The notes beneath the pieces are model-generated. The model ran no database searches. It was not told where the DNA came from and saw only the letters and a program-made list of their open reading frames with translations. 64,000 nucleotides of DNA from Thermoanaerobaculia bacterium (GTDB lineage: Bacteria; Acidobacteriota; Thermoanaerobaculia; Thermoanaerobaculales; Sulfomarinibacteraceae): the NCBI GenBank assembly GCA_027061805.1, contig JAMOWA010000007.1, forward strand, positions 658 through 64,657, given 5' to 3'. This document shows, piece after piece, positions 9,409-18,862 of the stretch. The position numbers and the translations under genes were made by a program. Numbering within the stretch: position 1 is the first letter of the stretch; every line of letters starts with the position of its first letter.

Positions 9409-11853
9409 GTGGCGGCTTCGACGCGGAATCTCGTCACGCCCCGGCCGGGGAGCCCCGGCGCCGCGGCCCTTGGCGCCGCGCTGGTTCTCGCCCTCACCGC
9501 AGGGATCACGGCTCTCCAGTTCGCGTATCCCTGGCACGGAACACGGAACGAGCTTCTCATCCTCGACGGGGCGGCGGCCCTTCTCACGGTCCTGTCCACC
9601 GCATTCTTCCGCCTCAGGAGCCGGTACGTGGAGAGAGAGTCAGATATCTGGATCGGGCTGATCTTCTTCCTGATGGCGGTCCACTTCTCACTCCAGCTGG
9701 CCATGGGGCTCGCCGGGGTGGACCCCGCCACGGGCCAGGCCATCTCGCTGGTCTCCTGGTTCGCGACGCAGACCGCCTCGGCGCTCGTCCTCCTGATCTT
9801 CATGTCCCGCCAGCTGGGCGGCCAGCCGGGCACCATCGGGATCCTGGCGGGTGGGGGAATCGCGGGCAGTGCCGGGATCTACTTCCTGGTCAGGATCCTG
9901 CAGGGACGGGGCTGGACGGGCGTGCCCGATCCTCTCGGTGCGGCACTGGCGACGCTCTTTCTCCTGGCCACCGTCCTCACGCTGGTCAACGCCCTGGCCG
10001 AGCGCCGCCAGAGGGACATCTGGCTCGCCTCCGCCTTCCTGATCATCACGGCCGCCCACATGGACATCGCGTGGACTCACGCGAACCTGGACCCGCCCTT
10101 CATGTGGGGCCACGTGCTCCTGATCCTGGGTCTGGCGGTCCCGCTGGCCGCGGCGGTGGTGGAGAACGTCCAGCTCGTGGCCTCCCACGCGGGGCTCGTC
10201 GCCCGCCTCCAGCAGCTGGGCCAGCGGGTCGAGGCGCTCCTGGACAGCCTTCCCGTGGTGGTGCTCACCGTGAACCCCAGGGGCGCCCTGACCTACGCCA
10301 ACCGGCGGGCCCACGAGATGCTGGGGGTCCCGGCGGGACGGAGCCTGAACCTGGCAGGCCCCACATGGCTGGAGAACGTCCATCCCGATGATGCAGACCG
10401 GCTCCGGCGCGTGGTCTCCGACGTGGCCCACGGCAAGCTCCAGCGGTCCAGCGATGAGATCCGCGTGGAACGGCCCGGCGGAACGACACACTGGCTGACC
10501 ATCGAGGCCGAGGCCATCCACGATCCCGTGGCGGGGGAGGAGCGCGTCCTCGTGGCGGGCGCCGACATCACGGACCTGCTGGCGGCCCGGCGGACGGCGG
10601 AGGAGCGGCAGAGCCGGCTGGCCCTGCTGACCAACCTCGCCCAGACCGTGGGGGGGGAGACCGTGGAGGAGCGGATCCTGGAACGGCTCCTGGAGCTGGC
10701 CGGGCCCATGCTCTCCATCGACGCGGCGGTGCTGCTCCGCCCCTCCCCCGATGGGTCCTTCCTGGTCCCGGAGGTGTGGACCGGGGAGGCCACGAGCATC
10801 GCGATGGTGGGCCGGGTGGCCGCCGGGGACCACCCCGCCTGGTCGGCCTTCGAGGACGGCTTCCCGCGCTTCAGCCCGCCGGACGTCTTCGGAAGGCCCG
10901 CCGATGGGGCCCCCGCAGTCCACGAGCTGGTCCACCTGCCGCTCCTGGCGGCGGGCCACGTGGTGGGAGTCGTGGTGGCGTCCCGCACCCGGGACTCCAG
11001 GCTCTCCACGGAGGACCTGGACATCCTCATCCAGCTGAGCACCCTCCTGGGAAGCGCCGTCCACCTGGCCAAGCTGGTGCGGGAGCTGGACGAGCAGCGG
11101 GACCTGGCGCTGGAGGCCTCCCGGCTCAAGTCCGAGTTCCTCGCCAACACCTCCCACGAGCTCAGGACCCCGCTCACCTCGATCCTGGGGTTCCTCAAGC
11201 TCATCATCGGAGGGAACGTCCCGGACCCCGACAGGCAGCTCCAGTTCCTCAGGATCGCCCACGACTCGGGGGTCCGGCTCCTGCACATCATCAACGACGT
11301 GCTCGACCTGGCCAAGATCGAGGCCGGGCGCCTGGAGGTCCACCCCCGGCCCTTCACGGTGGCACCGCTCCTGGGGGAGCTGGAGTCCGTCTTCCGCCAC
11401 CAGATGGAGGGGGCGGGGCTCGAGTTCACCGTGGTCCACCCGCCGGCCCCCCTCGAGGTGCTGGCGGACCCGGACCGCACCCGGCAGATCCTCACCAACC
11501 TGCTCTCCAACTCCCTCAAGTTCACCCCGGCGCCGGGCGCCGTCCGGCTGACGGTGTCCGGGGATGGGGCGGAGGTCCGTTTCACCGTGGAGGACACGGG
11601 TATCGGCATCGCCCCCGCCGAGGTGGAGAAGGTGTTCCTGTCCTTCTACGAGGTGGACGGCTCCACCACGCGCGGCCAGGGGGGCACCGGCCTGGGGCTC
11701 ACCATCTCCCGCCGGCTGGCCGAGATGATGGGCGGGTCGCTCGGCCTGGAGAGCGAGGGGCTCGGCAGGGGCACCACCGCCCACCTCGTCCTGCCCGTAC
11801 CATCCGGGGAAGGGACGGCAGAAAACAGAGCGACCGGAACGGATCCGTCGTGA
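9409..11853 (+). CDS. Membrane sensor histidine kinase (multi-TM-PAS-GAF-HisKA-HATPase)
   Basis: About 8 N-terminal TM helices, PAS (VHPDD), SEFLANTSHELRTPL, NLLSNSLKFT, GGTGLGL. Confidence 0.93.
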   Translation: MAASTRNLVTPRPGSPGAAALGAALVLALTAGITALQFAYPWHGTRNELLILDGAAALLTVLSTAFFRLRSRYVERESDIWIGLIFFLMAVHFSLQLAMGLAGVDPATGQAISLVSWFATQTASALVLLIFMSRQLGGQPGTIGILAGGGIAGSAGIYFLVRILQGRGWTGVPDPLGAALATLFLLATVLTLVNALAERRQRDIWLASAFLIITAAHMDIAWTHANLDPPFMWGHVLLILGLAVPLAAAVVENVQLVASHAGLVARLQQLGQRVEALLDSLPVVVLTVNPRGALTYANRRAHEMLGVPAGRSLNLAGPTWLENVHPDDADRLRRVVSDVAHGKLQRSSDEIRVERPGGTTHWLTIEAEAIHDPVAGEERVLVAGADITDLLAARRTAEERQSRLALLTNLAQTVGGETVEERILERLLELAGPMLSIDAAVLLRPSPDGSFLVPEVWTGEATSIAMVGRVAAGDHPAWSAFEDGFPRFSPPDVFGRPADGAPAVHELVHLPLLAAGHVVGVVVASRTRDSRLSTEDLDILIQLSTLLGSAVHLAKLVRELDEQRDLALEASRLKSEFLANTSHELRTPLTSILGFLKLIIGGNVPDPDRQLQFLRIAHDSGVRLLHIINDVLDLAKIEAGRLEVHPRPFTVAPLLGELESVFRHQMEGAGLEFTVVHPPAPLEVLADPDRTRQILTNLLSNSLKFTPAPGAVRLTVSGDGAEVRFTVEDTGIGIAPAEVEKVFLSFYEVDGSTTRGQGGTGLGLTISRRLAEMMGGSLGLESEGLGRGTTAHLVLPVPSGEGTAENRATGTDPS

Positions 11854-11890
11854 ACGGGGCCGGCCGGGGAACCGGCCCGACCCGCGGGGC

Positions 11891-11934
11891 TTGACAAGAA
11901 CAAGAATTTTTGTATATTCCTAATTGGTTATATT
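11891..11934 (+). promoter_or_regulatory. AT-rich sigma-70 promoter with overlapping ArsR-like operator
   Basis: TTGACA-16 nt-TATATT; imperfect palindrome ATATTCCTAATTGGTTATAT over the -10/start region; an AT island in high-GC DNA. Confidence 0.7.
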
Positions 11935-11954
11935 GAGTGCGACGGGAGGCAGGA

Positions 11955-13319
11955 ATGCGAGCACTACGACATACCGTTCTGGTCCTCATGCTGGGAGGCC
12001 TCTCCACGGCGGCCGGTGCCGCCGACCTCCCGCTGGGCCTCGAGGACGCCGTTCGCCAGGCGCTCGAGAACAACCCGGCCGTCCACGCCGCCACGGCGCG
12101 GGCCCAGGCCGCCGGGGAGAGGACGAGGCAGGCCGGGGGGTTCCGGTTCCCGAAGATCGACCTCATGGAGGTCTACAACTACACCAACAACCCCGCGGAG
12201 ACCTTCGCCCTCAAGCTCAACCAGGGCCGGTTCGACTTCGGGGAGTTCGTCTCGACCGACCCCAACAGGCCCGACCCCCTCACCACCTGGATCACCCGGA
12301 TCGAGCTCCTGCAGCCCATCTACACGGGCGGCAAGCTCTCCGCCCGGATCGGCCAGTCGAAGGCCATGCTCGGCGCCGAGGAGCTCTCCGCCGCCCACGT
12401 GCGCGAGCAGGTGACCTTCGACACCGTCACCGCCTACACCAACCTGGCCAAGGCCCGCGAGTACCTGGACCTGCTCCGGAAGGCCCGGGAGACCACGGCC
12501 CGGCACGTGGAGCTCGCCGAGAAGTACGCCGCCGAGGGCTTCATCGTGGACGCCGAGGTCCTCAAGGCGAAGGTGTACCTGGCCCACATGGACGAGCTGG
12601 TGGAGCAGGCCGAGAACGGCGCCAGGCTCGCCGAGGCCGCCCTGAACTTCCAGATGGGCGCCGACCAGACCACCCACCGCGAGCTGGAGCGGATCCCGCC
12701 CCCGCCCGCGGTGAACGGTGACCTGGACCTGTGGATCGCCGACGCGCTGGTCCGGCGGCGGGACCTGGAGTCCGCCCGGCGGCAGCTCGAGGCGGGGCGC
12801 CTGGAGGAGAAGGTGGCCACCTCGGGCTACCTCCCCGAGGTGGGCGTCATGGCCCGCTACGAGTGGTACGACAGGGTCGCCTTCGGCAACAACAACCGTT
12901 CCGGAAGCGTCATGGCCGTTGCGAAGATCAACCTGCTCCGCGGCGGCTCCGACAAGGCGGCCCGGGCCGCCGCCCGGTACCAGACGGCCTCCTTCGAGTC
13001 CGACATCCACCGCTTCGAGGAGGGCGTCCGCCTCCAGGTCCAGCAGGCCTGGCAGGACCTGATGACCTCTCGCGCCCGCCACACCACGGCCACGGCCGCC
13101 CTGGAGTCCGCCCGGGAGTCCCTCCGGGTGCGTGAGGAGCGCTTCAAGCAGGGCCTGGACAAGATGATCGACCTGCTGGACGCCGAGACCCAGCTCCGGG
13201 AGGCGCAGGTCCGCGAGCTGGTGGCCCGCCACGACATCGCCCTGGCCACCTACCGCCTCTACTTCAGCTCCGGCACATCGCTGATCGACACCATCCTGCC
13301 TTCGGAGGAGATCCAATGA
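11955..13319 (+). CDS. TolC family outer membrane efflux protein
   Basis: Signal peptide; ALENNP...FPKIDL...QPIYTGG and YLPEVG repeats; GLDKMIDLLDAETQL. Confidence 0.92.
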   Translation: MRALRHTVLVLMLGGLSTAAGAADLPLGLEDAVRQALENNPAVHAATARAQAAGERTRQAGGFRFPKIDLMEVYNYTNNPAETFALKLNQGRFDFGEFVSTDPNRPDPLTTWITRIELLQPIYTGGKLSARIGQSKAMLGAEELSAAHVREQVTFDTVTAYTNLAKAREYLDLLRKARETTARHVELAEKYAAEGFIVDAEVLKAKVYLAHMDELVEQAENGARLAEAALNFQMGADQTTHRELERIPPPPAVNGDLDLWIADALVRRRDLESARRQLEAGRLEEKVATSGYLPEVGVMARYEWYDRVAFGNNNRSGSVMAVAKINLLRGGSDKAARAAARYQTASFESDIHRFEEGVRLQVQQAWQDLMTSRARHTTATAALESARESLRVREERFKQGLDKMIDLLDAETQLREAQVRELVARHDIALATYRLYFSSGTSLIDTILPSEEIQ

Positions 13320-14398
13320 GCCCGTCCAAGATTCTGACCGTCGCAACCCTCTCGTCCATCCTCCTGCTCTCCGCCGCCTGCGGCTCGAAGGAGGGCGAAC
13401 GCGCCGAGGCCAGGCTCGAGCCGGTCCAGGGGCGCGTGACGGCCGTGGACCGCGTCCGCGAGGGCAAGCCCATCGAGGTGTACGGGATCGTCCAGCCCTC
13501 GCGGCAGTCCTTCGTCTCCACGCGGGTCGTGGGCCCCGTGGTGGCCGTGAAGGTGGTGGCGGGGGACGTGGTACGCAAGGGCCAGCCCCTGGTGATCATC
13601 CAGCCCCAGATGATGGAGGGCCAGGTCTCCCAGGCGAAGGGCGCCCTGGCCCAGGCCGAGGCCGCCCTGGCCCTGGCCGAGAAGAACTTCCAGCGCTTCA
13701 AGAACCTTCACGAGCAGAACGCGGCCTCGGACCTCGAGCTGGACATGGCCCGCATGCAGTACGAGCGGGCCAGGGGCGCCGTGCAGCAGGCGAAGGGCGC
13801 CGTCAAGACCGCCAGCACCGTGGCCGACGACGCCATCGTGCGGGCGCCCTTCGCGGCCCGCGTGGTGGAGAAGCTGGTGGAGGTGGGTGACCTGGCCGCC
13901 CCGGGGCGCCCCCTGGTCCGGCTGGAGTCGCTCTCCGGGCGCAAGATCTGGCTCACCGTCCGTGAGGCGGACATCTCCCGCCTCTCCGAGGGGCAGTCGC
14001 TGAAGGTGCGCTTCGACACCCGGGCCGACCTGGGCTGGGTGGAGGGCATCGTGGACGAGATCGTCCCGGCTGCCGACCCCGCCACCCACACCTTCACGGT
14101 GAAGGTGTCCCTGGCGGGCATCGACGTGCCCTCCGGGATCTCCGGTCGCGCCGCCCTGCCCGGCGACGTGATCGAGCGTCTCGTGGTGCCCGCCTCCGCG
14201 GTCCACCACCGCGGCGGGCTGGAGCTCGTGGTGGTGCGCGCCGGGGACGGGACCGCAAGGACCCGCGCCGTGACCACCGGCGCCACCCTGCCCGACGGCC
14301 GCGTGGAGATCCTCTCCGGCCTCGCCGGTGACGAGCAGGTGGTCGTCGACCTTCCCGGCCCCGTGGCCGACGGCACGCCCGTGGAGGTGGTGTCATGA
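13316..14398 (+). CDS. RND periplasmic adaptor (MFP) lipoprotein
   Basis: Lipobox LSAAC; lipoyl halves GDVVRKGQPL and IVRAPFAARV; VEILSGL. Confidence 0.93.
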   Translation: MSPSKILTVATLSSILLLSAACGSKEGERAEARLEPVQGRVTAVDRVREGKPIEVYGIVQPSRQSFVSTRVVGPVVAVKVVAGDVVRKGQPLVIIQPQMMEGQVSQAKGALAQAEAALALAEKNFQRFKNLHEQNAASDLELDMARMQYERARGAVQQAKGAVKTASTVADDAIVRAPFAARVVEKLVEVGDLAAPGRPLVRLESLSGRKIWLTVREADISRLSEGQSLKVRFDTRADLGWVEGIVDEIVPAADPATHTFTVKVSLAGIDVPSGISGRAALPGDVIERLVVPASAVHHRGGLELVVVRAGDGTARTRAVTTGATLPDGRVEILSGLAGDEQVVVDLPGPVADGTPVEVVS

Positions 14399-17300
14399 GC
14401 GACCGCGACGACCTCAGTCCGGACACCAGCCCGGCCTGCGAGGTGCCGCCGGGGGAGGACCGCCGCGAGGAGATGGAGCGCGCCCGCAGGGAGGCCCTCC
14501 GGCTGAAGATGACCCGCCGTCCCCTGGGGATGTCGGGCCAGATCGCCAAGGCCTTCCTGGAGTCCAAGCTCACGCCCCTCATCGTGGTCTTCTCCCTGCT
14601 GCTCGGCGCCTTCGCGGTGCTGATCACGCCCCGCGAGGAGGAGCCCCAGATCAAGGTGCCCATGATCGACGTGATGGTGGGCTACCCCGGCGCCACCGCC
14701 GAGGAGGTGGAGAACCGCGTCATCACGCCGCTGGAGAAGCTCCTCTACGAGATCGACAACGTGGACTACATCTACTCCACGTCCCAGCCCTCCGGCGGCA
14801 TGATCATCGTGCAGTTCCTGGTGGGCACCGACCCCGACCAGGCCGCCGTCAGGGTGCACACCAAGATCCAGTCGGCCCTGGACGAGATGCCCGACGGGAT
14901 GATGCCCCCCGTGGTGAAGCCCAGGACCATCGACGACGTCCCGGCCGCGGCCTACACCCTGTGGAGCGAGACCGCCTCGCCCATGGAGATCCGGAAGGTC
15001 GCCGACGAGCTCAAGGTGGAGCTCACCCGGCACCCGCGGGTGGCCCAGGTCTGGGTCCTGGGTGGCCAGCGGCGCGTGGTCCGCGTGGACTTCGACCGTG
15101 ACCGCCTGGGGACCTTCAACGTCTCCATCCTCCAGGCCTACCAGGCGCTCCGGGGCTTCAACTGGCGGCTGCCCGCCGGCAACGCCGTGACCCTGGACAC
15201 CGAGTACCAGGTGGACGTGGGCACCTTCCTCGAGGACGCCCGGGACATCGCCGACGTGGTGGTGGGGGTCTACAACGGCCGGCCCGTCTACCTGAAGGAC
15301 GTGGCCACCATCACCGACGGACCCGAGGAGCCCGGCACCTATGTCTGGATGGGCTCGGGGCCCGCGGCGCCCGAGAAGGGCCTGGAGCACGCCGGACTCG
15401 ACGCCCCGGCCGTGACGCTGGCCATCGCCAAGAAGCCGGGCACCAACGCCGTGAAGCTCGTCCACGACCTGGACGCGCTCATCGGGAACCTGAAGGGGCG
15501 CCTCATCCCCTCGGACATCCACGTCACCAAGACCCGGGACTACGGCTTCACGGCCAACGAGAAGTCCACCGAGCTCATCGACCACATGCTCATCGCCACC
15601 TTCGCGGTGGTGATCTTCATGGCCCTGGCCCTGGGCCGGCGCGAGGGCATCGTGGTGGCCGTGGCCGTGCCGGTGACCCTGGCGCTCACGCTGGCGGCCT
15701 CCTACTTCTTCGGCTACACCCTCAACCGGGTCACCCTCTTCGCCCTCATCTTCGCCATCGGCATCCTGGTGGACGACGCCATCGTGGTGGTGGAGAACAT
15801 CCACCGCCACTACGAGCTCAAGTGGGCGCACCCGCGGCTGGCCACGGTCTACGCCGTGGACGAGGTGGGCAACCCCACCATCCTGGCCACCTTCACGGTG
15901 ATCGCGGCCCTCATGCCGCTGGCCTTCGTGTCGGGGCTCATGGGTCCCTACATGCGGCCCATCCCCATCAACGCCTCGGCGGCCATGCTCTTCTCCCTCT
16001 TCGTGGCCTTCGTGATCTCCCCGTGGCTCACCTTCAAGCTCTTCCACCGGAAGGCCGAGGCGGAGCTCGAGCACGCGGGCGGCTCGCCGGACCAGGAGAC
16101 CGAGGAGGAGACCCGGCTGCAGCGGATCTACTCCAGGATCATGACCCCGCTCATCCGCTCCAGGATGCTGCGGTACCTGTCGCTCCTGGGGGTCGGCGCC
16201 CTCCTCCTCCTGTCCATGGCCACCGTGGCCGTCCGCTTCGTGATGGTGAAGATGCTGCCCTTCGACAACAAGTCGGAGCTCCAGGTGGTGATCGACGCCC
16301 CCGAGGGCTTCAGCCTGGAGGAGACCAACGCCGCCGCCCGCGAGATCGCCGCGGTGTTCCGGGAGATCCCCGAGGTGACCGACTACCAGGTGTACGTGGG
16401 CACCTCGGCGCCCTTCAACTTCAACGGCCTCGTCCGGCACTACTTCCTGCGCTCGGGCGCCAACGTGGCCGACATCCAGGTGAACCTGGTGGACAAGCAC
16501 TCCCGGGACATCAAGTCCCACCAGCTGGCCAAGGACATCCGGAAGAAGGTGGTCCCCATCGGGAAGCGGCTGGGGGTCAACGTGAAGGTCACCGAGGTCC
16601 CGCCCGGCCCGCCCGTGCTCTCCACCCTGGTGGCAGAGGTCTACGGCCCCACCCTGGAGGGGCGCCTCCAGGTGGCCGAGCAGGTGAAGGAGATCTTCGA
16701 GTCCACCGACGGCGTGGTGGACGTGGACTGGTACGTGGAGAACCCCGGCCCCCGCTGGGAGATCCACATCGACCGCGAGAAGGCGATCCGGTCAGGCATC
16801 ACCCCCGAGCAGATCGTCCGGACCCTCCGGGTGGCCCTGGCCGGGGCCGACGCGGGCCTGGCCCACGTCCCGAGCTCCCGGGAGCCGGTGCCCATCGTGC
16901 TCCGCCTGGACCGCGCGCAGCGCTCCCACGTCCAGGAGCTCCTCCAGCTCACGGTGCACGCGGCCGACGGCCGCATGGTGCCCCTGGCCGAGCTGGCCAC
17001 GCTCCACGAGACCACGCGGGAGCGCTTCCGCTACCACAAGAACCTCCAGCCCGTGACCTACGTGCTGGGCGAGGTGGGCGGCACCGCCGAGGCCCCCGTC
17101 TACGCCATCCTGAACATGGAGGACCGCCTGGCCGAGATCGTGACGCCGCTGGGCGAGAAGCTGCCCATCATCTCCACCCACCTGCCCGACGACCGGACCC
17201 GCTACATCATGAAGTGGGACGGCGAGTGGCAGATCACCTACGAGGTGTTCCGGGACATGGGGATCGCCTTCGGCGTGGTGATGGTGTTCATCTACGTGCT

Positions 17301-17766
17301 GGTGGTGGGCTGGTTCCGCTCCTTCGTCACCCCGCTCATCATCATGGCGCCCATCCCGCTGACGCTCATCGGCATCCTGCCGGCCCACGGCCTGCTCGGC
17401 GTGTTCTTCACGGCCACCTCCATGATCGGCTTCATCGCCCTGGCCGGCATCATCGTCCGGAACTCCATCCTGCTGGTGGACTTCATCAACCTGGAGCTGC
17501 AGGCCGGTGAGACCCTGGAGAACGCCGTGCTCAAGGCCGGAGCCGTCAGGTTCCGCCCCATCGTGCTGACCGCGGCGGCCCTGGTGGTGGGCGGCATGGT
17601 GATCTACCTGGACCCCATCTTCCAGGGCCTGGCGGTGGCGCTCATCGCCGGGGTGGTGGTCTCCACCATGCTCACGCTGGTGGTGATCCCCCTGCTCTAC
17701 TACATGTACCTCGCCACCGTGGGACCCGAGAAGGTGGTCTCGCTGGGAGAGGACGACACCGCATGA
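14395..17766 (+). CDS. RND efflux permease (AcrB/CusA superfamily)
   Basis: PREEEPQI, GILVDDAIVVVENI, GIIVRNSILLVDF, RFRPIVLT. Confidence 0.96.
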   Translation: MSDRDDLSPDTSPACEVPPGEDRREEMERARREALRLKMTRRPLGMSGQIAKAFLESKLTPLIVVFSLLLGAFAVLITPREEEPQIKVPMIDVMVGYPGATAEEVENRVITPLEKLLYEIDNVDYIYSTSQPSGGMIIVQFLVGTDPDQAAVRVHTKIQSALDEMPDGMMPPVVKPRTIDDVPAAAYTLWSETASPMEIRKVADELKVELTRHPRVAQVWVLGGQRRVVRVDFDRDRLGTFNVSILQAYQALRGFNWRLPAGNAVTLDTEYQVDVGTFLEDARDIADVVVGVYNGRPVYLKDVATITDGPEEPGTYVWMGSGPAAPEKGLEHAGLDAPAVTLAIAKKPGTNAVKLVHDLDALIGNLKGRLIPSDIHVTKTRDYGFTANEKSTELIDHMLIATFAVVIFMALALGRREGIVVAVAVPVTLALTLAASYFFGYTLNRVTLFALIFAIGILVDDAIVVVENIHRHYELKWAHPRLATVYAVDEVGNPTILATFTVIAALMPLAFVSGLMGPYMRPIPINASAAMLFSLFVAFVISPWLTFKLFHRKAEAELEHAGGSPDQETEEETRLQRIYSRIMTPLIRSRMLRYLSLLGVGALLLLSMATVAVRFVMVKMLPFDNKSELQVVIDAPEGFSLEETNAAAREIAAVFREIPEVTDYQVYVGTSAPFNFNGLVRHYFLRSGANVADIQVNLVDKHSRDIKSHQLAKDIRKKVVPIGKRLGVNVKVTEVPPGPPVLSTLVAEVYGPTLEGRLQVAEQVKEIFESTDGVVDVDWYVENPGPRWEIHIDREKAIRSGITPEQIVRTLRVALAGADAGLAHVPSSREPVPIVLRLDRAQRSHVQELLQLTVHAADGRMVPLAELATLHETTRERFRYHKNLQPVTYVLGEVGGTAEAPVYAILNMEDRLAEIVTPLGEKLPIISTHLPDDRTRYIMKWDGEWQITYEVFRDMGIAFGVVMVFIYVLVVGWFRSFVTPLIIMAPIPLTLIGILPAHGLLGVFFTATSMIGFIALAGIIVRNSILLVDFINLELQAGETLENAVLKAGAVRFRPIVLTAAALVVGGMVIYLDPIFQGLAVALIAGVVVSTMLTLVVIPLLYYMYLATVGPEKVVSLGEDDTA

Positions 17767-17773
17767 CAGCCGC

Positions 17774-17849
17774 GGTCCGGACCACCCCGGCGGCGCACCC
17801 CGGCCCGCAGTGCGGGCCGGGGGCCCCGTCCGCCCCGGTGGACCGGACC
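17774..17849 (+). other. Long intercistronic GC stem-loop
   Basis: Inner CCCCGGCCCGC-AGT-GCGGGCCGGGG (17798-17822) nested inside outer GGTCCGG/CCGGACC arms. Confidence 0.55.
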
Positions 17850-17875
17850 CCGGTGATCCACAAGGAGGTCGAGAC

Positions 17876-18076
17876 ATGACAGTGAACGAGGCACTCCGTG
17901 CCATGGCCGGCATCGTCATCCTGATCACCCTGGCCCTGGGCCACTGGGTCAACGAGAACTGGTACCTCTTCACGGCCTTCGTGGGGCTCAACCTGCTCCA
18001 GTCGGCCTTCACGAAGTGGTGCCCTGCCATGGCCATCTTCCGCAAGATGGGCCTGAAGGACGCCGACAGGTGCTGA
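17876..18076 (+). CDS. DUF2892 (YgaP-like transmembrane) protein
   Basis: AAGGAGGT RBS; 66 aa, two TM helices, FVGLNLLQSAFTKWCP. Confidence 0.88.
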   Translation: MTVNEALRAMAGIVILITLALGHWVNENWYLFTAFVGLNLLQSAFTKWCPAMAIFRKMGLKDADRC

Positions 18077-18086
18077 GGGAGGTTCC

Positions 18087-18371
18087 ATGAAGCTGCTCAT
18101 GATCATCGTGGAGAGCTCCTGCAAGGAGGAGCTCGAGGTCCTGCTCAACAAGAACGACGTGGTGGGCTACACGGAGATCCCCCAGGTCCACGGGGTGGGC
18201 GAGACCGGGCCCAGGCTCGGCTCGCGGGCCTTCCCCAAGACCTCCTCCATCGTCTTCACCGTGGTCCCCAGGGAGAAGGTGGACAGGGTCATCGAGGACA
18301 TCCGGTGCTACTGCGATCACTGCCTGCGGGACATGAAGATCATCGTCTGGAACGTGGAGCAGATCATCTGA
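18087..18371 (+). CDS. P-II superfamily (transporter-associated, PG0541-like) protein with CxCxxC
   Basis: MKLLMIIV...GYTEIPQVHGVGETGPRLGSRAFP...VFTVV...IIVWNVE; GGAGG RBS. Confidence 0.82.
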   Translation: MKLLMIIVESSCKEELEVLLNKNDVVGYTEIPQVHGVGETGPRLGSRAFPKTSSIVFTVVPREKVDRVIEDIRCYCDHCLRDMKIIVWNVEQII

Positions 18372-18459
18372 CCACCCCACCGTCACGGGAGAGCGGGCCG
18401 CGCCGCTGGCGCGGCCCCCCCACCTCCCGTATGCCCCCCCGGCCCCGGAGTGCCCGCCG

Positions 18460-18657
18460 ATGAACGACAGCCTGAGCATGTTCCTCGTGATCGCCGCCTG
18501 CCTCGCGGTGCAGCGCTGGCTGTTCCCGAGGCCGGGCGTGCCCCGGTGGTCCCGAACGGGGTCTCAGTGCCTCAGGGCATCGCGTGCTCCGGGGGGACCG
18601 CCGCCGTGGCGGGGTCCGTGGAGGGCCAGAGGTCCTCGAACTGCCCGATGGCGTTGA
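18460..18657 (+). CDS. Small single-TM protein or remnant
   Basis: GGAG RBS then [28 protein letters not shown]; the 3' part overlaps an antisense remnant and is doubtful. Confidence 0.3.
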   Translation: MNDSLSMFLVIAACLAVQRWLFPRPGVPRWSRTGSQCLRASRAPGGPPPWRGPWRARGPRTARWR

Positions 18658-18862
18658 GGTAGCACGCCACGTCGATCCACAGGCCGTCCACACCGGAACC
18701 CGCCAGCTCGCGGATCCGGTCCAGGTAGAACTCCCGGCACGACGACTCGGGCGCGAGCCAGGCGTCGAGGTCGTCGGGCTCCAGCCAGAAGACCCCCTCC
18801 ACGCCGGAAAACTGCAGGGCTTGCCCCTCCCGGTCAACCTGGAGCCAGTCCGGGTGCTCCGC
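18572..18862 (-). pseudogene. Internal fragment of a glycoside-hydrolase-like TIM barrel gene
   Basis: [13 protein letters not shown]...[31 protein letters not shown] with no start codon; abuts a different remnant. Confidence 0.6.

Noticed and set aside
13708-16767. 1019-aa minus-strand ORF
   Set aside because: Antisense shadow of the RND/MFP genes
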